Below, piece after piece: positions 1 to 6,417 of a stretch of DNA of 32,000 nucleotides (position 1 is the first letter of the stretch; every line of letters starts with the position of its first letter). The stretch comes from Candidatus Iainarchaeum sp. (GTDB lineage: Archaea; Iainarchaeota; Iainarchaeia; Iainarchaeales; JAZDEL01), in NCBI GenBank assembly GCA_043808785.1, contig JAZDEL010000002.1, positions 237,611 to 269,610 on the forward strand, written 5' to 3'. A model generated the notes under the pieces. It searched no databases, was not told the DNA's origin, and saw nothing but the letters and a program-made list of their open reading frames with translations. The translations under genes were made by a program, and so were the position numbers.

Positions 1-721
1 ACTTATACAATTCCGAAGGGTTAACCGCCCTCACCTTTTCTATCTGTTTGCAGAGTTTGTCCCATTCCTTTACAGCCTCGCCGAAATAGATATAGCTGAT
101 GTAATCCCCGCCGACCATTACGTCGTGGTCAAATCTGAATTCATGGCTTACCTTTACCTTGCAGCCAAATTGCTTGAACGACTCGATTGACATTCTGTCT
201 ATGAGATTATCGAAACCTGTCAGGGCGTATGCGCCCTTTTCGCTTATGAACTTTTTTGTAGCCGCATATTCCTCCTCCGACACGGTAATTATCGGCCACA
301 TGTGGCGCCAGTGCATGACCTTCGGGCATTTATGCTGGCCGGGATATTTAAAGATATAATTCACTACGAATTTCCCCATGGACATCATAGATGGAAATGT
401 GAGGTTTACAATGTCTCTTTTCGCCAGTTCCGCAAGATTGTATTTTTCGTCCAGATATGCCGCACCGAATTCCTTTACCCCGTTTACCCATTCAGGGTTC
501 AGCACGTATTCCATGCCCTCCTTTTTCAGCACGCCGTCATCCGCCGCCTGCACAACGGCCTTATGCATCGCCTGATACGTCCCCTCAAAAGCGTGTTCGC
601 GCTTTACGGCATTGTAAATTTCCTTTATCGTAAGGGGCTTTTTCTCCAGAAGCAAGGAGATAATCTTGTCCCTCGTTGATTTGAGGTTCGGGTTCGGGAA
701 AATGCTGTCTGTGCGCGTCAT
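1..721 (-). CDS. winged-helix + uncharacterised C-terminal domain protein, tandem paralog A (3' end beyond window edge)
   Basis: Absent from the ORF track because no stop lies in the window. Hand translation of the minus strand from ATG 721-719 gives MTRTDSIFPNPNLKSTRDKIISLLLEKKPLTIKEIYNAVKREHAFEGTYQAMHKAVVQAADDGVLKKEGMEYVL...HWRHMWPIITVSEEEY...DVMVGGDYISYIYFGEAV. It stays open to position 1 and is collinear with ORF 718..1560, with roughly half the residues identical by eye. Its ATG overlaps the upstream TGA (ATGA, 721-718). Confidence 0.75.
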   Translation of the reverse strand, partial: MTRTDSIFPNPNLKSTRDKIISLLLEKKPLTIKEIYNAVKREHAFEGTYQAMHKAVVQAADDGVLKKEGMEYVLNPEWVNGVKEFGAAYLDEKYNLAELAKRDIVNLTFPSMMSMGKFVVNYIFKYPGQHKCPKVMHWRHMWPIITVSEEEYAATKKFISEKGAYALTGFDNLIDRMSIESFKQFGCKVKVSHEFRFDHDVMVGGDYISYIYFGEAVKEWDKLCKQIEKVRAVNPSELYK

Positions 722-1560
722 TTTTTGTTCACCCCAAACTCCGCAAGGGTGCGCCTGCGTATCTCCTCCGCAACCTTCGCATTCTTCACAACCACCACAT
801 TCACCTCAATCTCGCTTTCAAGCATGACCTTGTAGAATTCAACCAAATCGATATCCTCCGCGGTTTTTATTTTGCCGCAGATATCGTCCCACAATTTAAC
901 CGCATCCCCGAAATAGATGTAAGCCACATAATCGCCGTAAACCATGACATCCGGGTCGAACCTGAACACAGGGTTCACCTTTATTTTGCAGTTATATTTC
1001 TTGAACGCCTCCGTAGAAAGGTTGTCGAGAGGGTTGTCGAAACATGTCAGGGTATATCCGCCAAACTTCTCGCAGAACTCCTTCGTTGTCACGTATTCTT
1101 CTTTTGACAGGGTAATTAATGGCCACATGTGCCTCCAGTGTATTATCATGGGCTGATTTTTTGGGTTCGGGTAACGAGTGTAATAATTTATTATAAACCT
1201 TGCCATCGATATAAGGTATTTGAAAGTGATGTTGGCAACATCCTTTTCCACGAGCTCGGCAAGGTTGTATTCCTTTTTCAGGTATGTTGATTCCAAGTCT
1301 GCTCCGTAGTTTTTGATGGAACTTATCCAGTGCTCGCTCAGCATGTAGCCTTTTCCGTCGCGTACAACAACACCCTCCGCAAGCGCCTGCATAATCGCCT
1401 TATGCGCTGCTTGGTATGTGCCCTCAAAACCGTGCTCCCTACTCAAGCGTCCGCATATTTCCTTTGCGTTCATGGGCCACTTTTCCGAGAGCAATGATAT
1501 GATTGAATCGCGCGTTGATTTTGTGCCGCCGTTTATTTTAGGGATTGAAACGGTTTGCAT
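718..1560 (-). CDS. winged-helix + uncharacterised C-terminal domain protein, tandem paralog B
   Basis: 280-aa ORF with ATG at 1560-1558. The N-terminal ~70 aa has a wHTH-like pattern (SIISLLSEKWPMNAKEICGRLSREHGFEGTYQAAHKAIMQALAEGVVVRDGKGYMLS). The C-terminal ~200 aa shares HWRHMWP and GDY..YIYFG blocks with paralog A. The gene abuts the stop of 1561..2412. Confidence 0.85.
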   Translation of the reverse strand: MQTVSIPKINGGTKSTRDSIISLLSEKWPMNAKEICGRLSREHGFEGTYQAAHKAIMQALAEGVVVRDGKGYMLSEHWISSIKNYGADLESTYLKKEYNLAELVEKDVANITFKYLISMARFIINYYTRYPNPKNQPMIIHWRHMWPLITLSKEEYVTTKEFCEKFGGYTLTCFDNPLDNLSTEAFKKYNCKIKVNPVFRFDPDVMVYGDYVAYIYFGDAVKLWDDICGKIKTAEDIDLVEFYKVMLESEIEVNVVVVKNAKVAEEIRRRTLAEFGVNKK

Positions 1561-2412
1561 TTATTTCACCCCCTTCCTTTCGTATGCCGCCTTTGCCTCG
1601 CGCCTGAACTTTTCCGCGAGTGCGGGGTTTTTGACTATGAGCGCGTGCACATCAACTTTCGGCTTTAGCACTGTGTCAAAGTATTCATTCATGTCAATGT
1701 CGTCCGCGCACTTTATTTTTTTGTAGAGCGCATCCATACTATTCTTAAATTCAGGCGGAACGAAAACAAACATTATGAAATCGCCCTGTATAAAGGTGTC
1801 GTTACCGGCAGAATAGTTGTAGCCGGTTACACACTTCTTTCCGAGCCTGCTGACGTAATCGGAACACCAGCGGTCCATAAATGTATCGTTTCTGCAGAGC
1901 CCGTAATGGAGCTCCTGGGCAAATAGTTTCTTGAGGTTTTCGTGCTCCTCGTTGGTTGCACCAATTATTGAATAAGCATGCTCCCATATGCAGATGCAGT
2001 TCTTTTTCTCAGGGTTAGGAAATTTCATGGAGTATTCGTTCACCAGCCATTTCGTGAACTCGAGAAAATTGTCGAATTTCAGGTGCGCGCTCCCCTCGAA
2101 ATTGTTCGGGTCGATTTTGTTTCCGTTCCCGCTGTAGTTTGAATCAAGGTCGCTCCCCATCTGCTTTACCTTTCCTATCCACTCCCTGCTCAGCGCGTAA
2201 CCTTTCCCCTCGCGCGAAAGCACGCCCTCCTGCAGCGCCTGTGAAACAGCCTTGTGCACCGCCTGGTAAGTTCCCTCGAATGCGTATGTGCGCTTCAGGC
2301 GGGAAAAAATTTCCTTCGTACCCAAAGGCCACTCCGAACCCAGGAGTGAAACAACCAGTTCCCTTGTGCCCCTGCCGTTCGCAACTGGCAGAGGCAGAGT
2401 CAGTTCGCTCAT
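1561..2412 (-). CDS. winged-helix + uncharacterised C-terminal domain protein, tandem paralog C (most diverged)
   Basis: 283-aa ORF with ATG at 2412-2410. It has the same N-terminal pattern (LVVSLLGSEWPLGTKEIFSRLKRTYAFEGTYQAVHKAVSQALQEGVLSREGKGYALS), the same length and the same FPNP block. Its TAA (1563-1561) is directly followed by the ATG of paralog B. Confidence 0.85.
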   Translation of the reverse strand: MSELTLPLPVANGRGTRELVVSLLGSEWPLGTKEIFSRLKRTYAFEGTYQAVHKAVSQALQEGVLSREGKGYALSREWIGKVKQMGSDLDSNYSGNGNKIDPNNFEGSAHLKFDNFLEFTKWLVNEYSMKFPNPEKKNCICIWEHAYSIIGATNEEHENLKKLFAQELHYGLCRNDTFMDRWCSDYVSRLGKKCVTGYNYSAGNDTFIQGDFIMFVFVPPEFKNSMDALYKKIKCADDIDMNEYFDTVLKPKVDVHALIVKNPALAEKFRREAKAAYERKGVK

Positions 2413-2493
2413 CTTGGCACTAACTATATTTATCTGCAGGGAAATGGTTATAAAGTAAATTTTTTTGGCAAGAATGGATAAATACTTAACTTT

Positions 2494-2544
2494 TTAATGG
2501 TTTTTGTGCATAATTGGTTTAAAAAATAACCAAAAAACCATTAA
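2494..2544. promoter_or_regulatory. AT-rich nested inverted repeat (candidate operator) in a divergent intergenic region
   Basis: TTAATGGTTTTT (2494-2505) is the exact reverse complement of AAAAACCATTAA (2533-2544). An inner pair TTGGTT (2514-2519) / AACCAA (2528-2533) is nested within. The repeat lies between the paralog operon start (2412) and the Lrp-like gene (2691). Confidence 0.4.
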
Positions 2545-2587
2545 TTTGGAGATTATTTAGCCGAGGAAAGCAGGGTTATGTAGTAAG

Positions 2588-2676
2588 TTTTTGCACGGGC
2601 ACAGGAATTTTTTGCACCGGGTGCGGCAATTTTTTGCGCAGGAAGGCTGAAAGCCGGGCACGGTAATTTTTTTCAC
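2588..2676 (+). promoter_or_regulatory. four phased T-tract+G(C/A)C repeats; the last is the probable TATA box of the Lrp-like gene
   Basis: TTTTTGCAC at 2588, TTTTTTGCAC at 2608, TTTTTTGCGC at 2630 and TTTTTTTCAC at 2667, with spacings of 20, 22 and 37 nt. The last copy sits about 15-25 nt upstream of ATG 2691, consistent with a leaderless archaeal promoter. Confidence 0.4.
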
Positions 2677-2690
2677 AGGGGGATGCGGGA

Positions 2691-3161
2691 ATGAACAAAA
2701 ACACCGCTGTACAGCTGGATGAAGCGGACATAAAAATCCTGAACGCGATGCTCGCAATGCGCGAGACTGGCTACACTGCGATAGGGAAAAATCTCGGCCT
2801 CACCCCGGCGGCGGTGCAGAAGCGCGTGAAGAGGATGCGTGCGCGCGGAATTTTCCTCGGCACCGTGCCCGTGCTCGACCTTGCGAAAATCGGCTACGGC
2901 CTTACCGCAATAATAAAGGTCTCGGTTTCGCAGGGAAAGCTTGTGGAGGAGGCGCAGCGCTGGACCCAAAAGCGCAACACATGCTCGGTTTACAGGATTA
3001 CCGGGGATTACGACATCATAGTGATAGGCAAGTTCAAGGACATGGACGAGCTGAACGACTTCACCACGGAGATGAACAGGGAGGGCTGGGTTACAAAAAC
3101 AAACACGAGCCTGACCTTCCAGATTGCGCAGGAATCCGTGAACCCGAAGGTTATTTACTGA
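2691..3161 (+). CDS. Lrp/AsnC-family transcriptional regulator
   Basis: 156 aa. The N-terminal HTH (LDEADIKILNAMLAMRETGYTAIGKNLGLTPAAVQKRVKRMRARGI) is followed by an AsnC-type ligand domain pattern (LTAIIKVSV...VYRITGDYDIIVIGKFKDMDELNDF). Confidence 0.85.
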   Translation: MNKNTAVQLDEADIKILNAMLAMRETGYTAIGKNLGLTPAAVQKRVKRMRARGIFLGTVPVLDLAKIGYGLTAIIKVSVSQGKLVEEAQRWTQKRNTCSVYRITGDYDIIVIGKFKDMDELNDFTTEMNREGWVTKTNTSLTFQIAQESVNPKVIY

Positions 3162-3309
3162 GCGCGGGAATACGCGGGCTGGAATGCGGCCTGCCTGGCG
3201 CGCGGAAGCCCGTAACCGGAACGCGGTTTTCAGGCGTATGCGGAATGCCTCCGAAAAGCTTTCTATTATAGTGGAAAGGTTTTTAAACAAAACATGCTAT
3301 TATAGTGTT

Positions 3310-4572
3310 ATGGATTTTGACACCATAATCAGGGAACAGCGGGAAGAGCTCGAGCGCATAGGGAAACAGGAAATCCTGGTGCCGAGGGAAAAGCTCGGGG
3401 ATGCGGAAAGGGCGCTGAAATTCCCGAACATCCTGGCTGTTCTCGGCGTCAGGAGGTGCGGCAAGTCGATTTTTTCGTATCTGCTGGCGAAAGGCGGGGC
3501 TTTCGGCTATGTGAACTTTGATGACGAACGCCTTCTGGGCGCAAAGGCGGAGGATTTGAACCTGATTCTGGAATCCTTCTATAGGCTCTACGGCGATGTC
3601 GAATTTGTTGTCCTGGACGAGGCGCAAAATGTCAGGGGCTGGGAACTGTTTGCAAACAGGCTGAGGCGGACCAAAAAGGTAATATTGACGGGCAGCAACT
3701 CAAACCTCCTGTCGGGGGAACTGGCAACGCACCTTACGGGCAGGCATTCCGATGCGGTTCTTTTCCCATTTTCTTTCAGGGAGTTCATTAAACTGAAAAA
3801 GTTCGGGGAGAGCGCGGCATACACCACGAAGGAAAAGGCAATGCTGCTCAGGCTTCTTGAGGAATATCTCCGGGACGGCGGCTTTCCGGAAGTACAGAAA
3901 TTCGGCGGCAGGACGGCTTCGCTTATATACGAGGACATTCTGGCGAAAGACATCCTGCTGAGGCACAAAATAAAAAAGATTGAGGAGATGAGGAAGCTTG
4001 CCAGATACCTCGTAACAAACTCCGCGAAAGAGTTCAGTTATGCGAAAACCGCAAAACTGCTTTCAATAAAGCACGTTGCGACAATGTCAAAATGGACTGG
4101 CTATCTTGAGGAAGCCTTTCTGGTGTTCAGGGTGGAGAGGTTCGACTTCAAGCTGAAGCGCCAATTCCTGGCGCCGAAAAAAATATACTGCATCGATACG
4201 GGCATGATGGGCGCCGCGGGCTTCAGGGTTTCGGAAAACAGGGGCGTGCTGATTGAGAATGCCGTAGCTGTAGAGCTGAGGAGAAGGGCTCAGTGGAACG
4301 AGGAAATATACTACTGGAAAGACTACCAGCATAGCGAGGTGGATTTTGTGGTGAAGGCGGGGGAAAAAATCAGGCAGCTGATTCAGGCAAGCTATGCAAA
4401 CTCCAGGGAAGATATACGGGAGCGCGAGCCGAACGCATTAATAAAGGCAAGCAGGGCGCTGCGGTGCAGGGACCTCCTGATAATCACATGGGGCTACGAG
4501 GGCACAATCGCCGCAAAGGGGCACAGGATAAAATGCACCCCGCTCTGGAAATGGCTGCTGGCGGGGCGATAA
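3310..4572 (+). CDS. AAA+ ATPase of the archaeal COG1373 type (AAA_14 + DUF4143-like C-terminus)
   Basis: Walker A LGVRRCGKS, Walker B FVVLDEAQ, and a C-terminal nuclease-fold-like block YYWKDYQHSEVDFVV. I moved the start to ATG 3310 (MDFDTIIREQ). The upstream 42 codons of the tracked ORF are R-rich and overlap the promoter region (TTTTTAAACAAA at 3280-3291). Confidence 0.8.
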   Translation: MDFDTIIREQREELERIGKQEILVPREKLGDAERALKFPNILAVLGVRRCGKSIFSYLLAKGGAFGYVNFDDERLLGAKAEDLNLILESFYRLYGDVEFVVLDEAQNVRGWELFANRLRRTKKVILTGSNSNLLSGELATHLTGRHSDAVLFPFSFREFIKLKKFGESAAYTTKEKAMLLRLLEEYLRDGGFPEVQKFGGRTASLIYEDILAKDILLRHKIKKIEEMRKLARYLVTNSAKEFSYAKTAKLLSIKHVATMSKWTGYLEEAFLVFRVERFDFKLKRQFLAPKKIYCIDTGMMGAAGFRVSENRGVLIENAVAVELRRRAQWNEEIYYWKDYQHSEVDFVVKAGEKIRQLIQASYANSREDIREREPNALIKASRALRCRDLLIITWGYEGTIAAKGHRIKCTPLWKWLLAGR

Positions 4573-4702
4573 ACGTTCCGGTTTTGGCGCGGGAGCCAAC
4601 GAACCCGCCGGCGGTTTGCCTGATGCATTGTTTACTTTTTGTGAACATAATGTTCATTAAAAATAAACGCTTTTGCGCCCACTGCGGCCTTGCTGCACGA
4701 AT

Positions 4703-4978
4703 TCATCGGAAATACTTTCCAACGGCATTAACCCCGAAATCGGTCGCGGATGCGACATTCAGCGATTTGCCGTGGAACGAAACAAACCCCCACTTTCTGA
4801 GCCTCAGGAGCAGTTTCTTTATCGTTATGCGTGAGTCGTATTTTGCCCTGAGTTCATCAAGCCTTATCTTGGATGCGATGGTTTCGACAGGCTTGTAGTT
4901 GTTCCTTATTATGCGCCTGTCGACCATCCTGAAAAGTGCGTGGATTTCAATCGAAGGGAATTCGGGTTCGTCCTGCAT
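4703..4978 (-). CDS. small hypothetical protein (91 aa), possibly wHTH
   Basis: Only the C-terminal 91 codons of tracked ORF 4703..5602 look protein-like (MQDEPEFPSIEIHALFRMVDRRIIRNNYKPVETIASKIRLDELRAKYDSRITIKKLLLRLRKWGFVSF...). The ATG is at 4978-4976. An AT-rich divergent promoter region lies at 4979-5062. Confidence 0.5.
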   Translation of the reverse strand: MQDEPEFPSIEIHALFRMVDRRIIRNNYKPVETIASKIRLDELRAKYDSRITIKKLLLRLRKWGFVSFHGKSLNVASATDFGVNAVGKYFR

Positions 4979-5062
4979 TAAGGCATTGTGCGGCAAAGCC
5001 AATATAAATTTACGTTTATTGACGATATTACTTATAACTAAACAAGTGATACTTGTAAGCAT

Positions 5063-5584
5063 ATGTTTAAATTCATTGCGCGCCGCAGTATTTGCATGGC
5101 AACTGAAACCGTAACGCGGCGCGGCCCCATGGAGATAGCGCAATCCATAGGTGCGTTGCTCGGCAAAAGCAGGGGCACGGTGCTGAGTGCAACGCTTATC
5201 GCCCGCAAAACAGGGCTTAACTACAACTCCTGCAAGGAATACCTGGGTCTGATTAAATATGCGCAGGGCCTGCCCGATATTGAGGAAGTGAGGACAGTGA
5301 GGGGCAGGGCGTTCATGCTGCCGCTTTCCGCCTATCCCGAGGCGGAAAGGCATAGGATTTTCAAGGAGGAGTTCGGGGTCAGGTTCACGGATGCGGACAG
5401 GCTTTACATAGGCCTGCTTGAAAAGGGTGCGGTATGTGCGGCAAAGGCGGCCACGCTCGAAAAAACAGCGCTCGTGAGGCGCGGGCTGAAGATGGAGCAC
5501 CTTAAGGAAGCGCGCGGCAAGGTATACCTTTCCGACCTTGGCATTTTGGTAGCGCAGGGCGCGAAGAGGATTTTTAATTGCTGA
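5063..5584 (+). CDS. hypothetical protein, wHTH-like N-terminus
   Basis: 173-aa ORF with balanced composition (IAQSIGALLGKSRGTVLSATLIARKTGLNYNSCKEYLGLI). An alternative ATG lies at 5096. The antisense ORF over this span is R/C/H-rich and was rejected. Confidence 0.55.
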   Translation: MFKFIARRSICMATETVTRRGPMEIAQSIGALLGKSRGTVLSATLIARKTGLNYNSCKEYLGLIKYAQGLPDIEEVRTVRGRAFMLPLSAYPEAERHRIFKEEFGVRFTDADRLYIGLLEKGAVCAAKAATLEKTALVRRGLKMEHLKEARGKVYLSDLGILVAQGAKRIFNC

Positions 5585-5654
5585 TTTTTCCCGTGGCATC
5601 ACGGAAAAAAGCGGGCGTTCCCTGTGCGATTCCTGAAAAACTCCGGAAAAAAGC

Positions 5655-5726
5655 GGGCGGTTGGTGTATCGGCAGCACGCAGTCCCGATGCGGCTGAGGC
5701 GGCAGGTTCAATTCCTGCACCGCCCA
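5655..5726 (+). tRNA. tRNA gene with atypical anticodon loop (anticodon GAU = Ile if read conventionally)
   Basis: Hand-folded 72-nt cloverleaf. Acceptor GGGCGGT/ACCGCCC. D stem GTGT/GCAC. Anticodon stem CAGTC/GGCTG. Anticodon loop CCGAUGC. Variable loop AGGCG. T arm GCAGG-TTCAATT-CCTGC. Discriminator A, followed by a TGTTTTTT tract. C at position 33 and G at position 37 are non-canonical. Confidence 0.6.
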
Positions 5727-5960
5727 TGTTTTTTGGCGCTAAAGGCTCCTGCCGCCTTCTTGCCAACAGGCAGTTTCGGCGTTTCCATAACTGTGGCAAG
5801 TATAATGCCGGTGATACTTTTTCTTTTTCGGGCCTAACTGGCTCTGCGAGAACGGCATTTCAACCTCGACCTGCTCAACTCGGACAGAAACTGCAGCGAG
5901 TGCGGCTTTGGTTTGAAGTGCGGGGCGGTCAATAATTAGAACAATCCCACTCAATACTAA

Positions 5961-5970
5961 TAATTATAAA
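5961..5970 (+). promoter_or_regulatory. TATA box of the pilin/surface operon
   Basis: TAATTATAAA lies 25-34 nt upstream of ATG 5995, and no SD is present, so the transcript is probably leaderless. Confidence 0.45.
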
Positions 5971-5994
5971 TCCCCATTGCATTAGTATTACCTG

Positions 5995-6417
5995 ATGCCG
6001 CAAACCAAAAACAACAGCGCGCAGGGTTCGATGGAATACCTCCTTCTCATAGGCGGAGTTGTGCTTGTTGCCGTCGTTGTGATACTGTTACTCCTGCAAA
6101 CCTCGCAAAGTGCGGGGAGCGAGGTTAATGCAACTGCAGAGGGAGGGGTTGCAAGGATGAAGGAAGAAGCAGGCATTGCACTTGGCGAGCTGGACACAGT
6201 TGTTAAGTTGGATTCTGGAAAAATTGGCGCCCCAACAGGGGCTGCAAACCTAAGCGGGTTTGCTACTGGAATCCTCAAGCCGCCCTCTGGTAACGGCGGC
6301 TCGGAGGGAGGGGGAATCGATGGCGGAGAGGACGGCGGCAGTGTGGGTGCGTTATTCACTTTCAATCAGGGAGGGGGAAACATCCAGCGAGATTTGCCCG
6401 AGGTGAAAGAACAATGA
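5995..6417 (+). CDS. archaeal type IV pilin-like protein with class III signal peptide
   Basis: The N-terminus MPQTKNNSA-QGSMEYLLLIGGVVLVAVVVILLLL matches the QXSXEXXXL class III signal motif (DUF361-type) followed by a hydrophobic helix. The tail is G/S-rich. The stop overlaps the next ATG (ATGA at 6414-6417). Confidence 0.8.
   Translation: MPQTKNNSAQGSMEYLLLIGGVVLVAVVVILLLLQTSQSAGSEVNATAEGGVARMKEEAGIALGELDTVVKLDSGKIGAPTGAANLSGFATGILKPPSGNGGSEGGGIDGGEDGGSVGALFTFNQGGGNIQRDLPEVKEQ

Noticed and set aside
2673-3290. 205-aa minus-strand ORF
   Set aside because: It is antisense to the clearly recognisable Lrp/AsnC gene.
3184-3309. N-terminal extension of the AAA ATPase ORF
   Set aside because: It is R-rich and spans TATA-like elements. 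ATG 3310 gives a typical N-terminus.
4979-5602. N-terminal 208 codons of minus-strand ORF 4703..5602
   Set aside because: It is R/C/H-rich and antisense to the better-looking plus ORF 5063..5584. It also crosses an AT-rich promoter-like region. Only the last 91 codons were kept.
5599-5935. ORFs 5599..5799 (-) and 5624..5935 (+)
   Set aside because: Both read through the tRNA gene at 5655-5726. The GIEPA/GSIPAP strings are just translated T-arm sequence.
5739-5954. 71-aa minus-strand ORF in the tRNA-pilin spacer
   Set aside because: There is no SD or TATA box in a suitable position, the composition is odd (KKKKYHRHYTCH), and the ORF overlaps the tRNA terminator. I kept it only as part of the unexplained-gap note.
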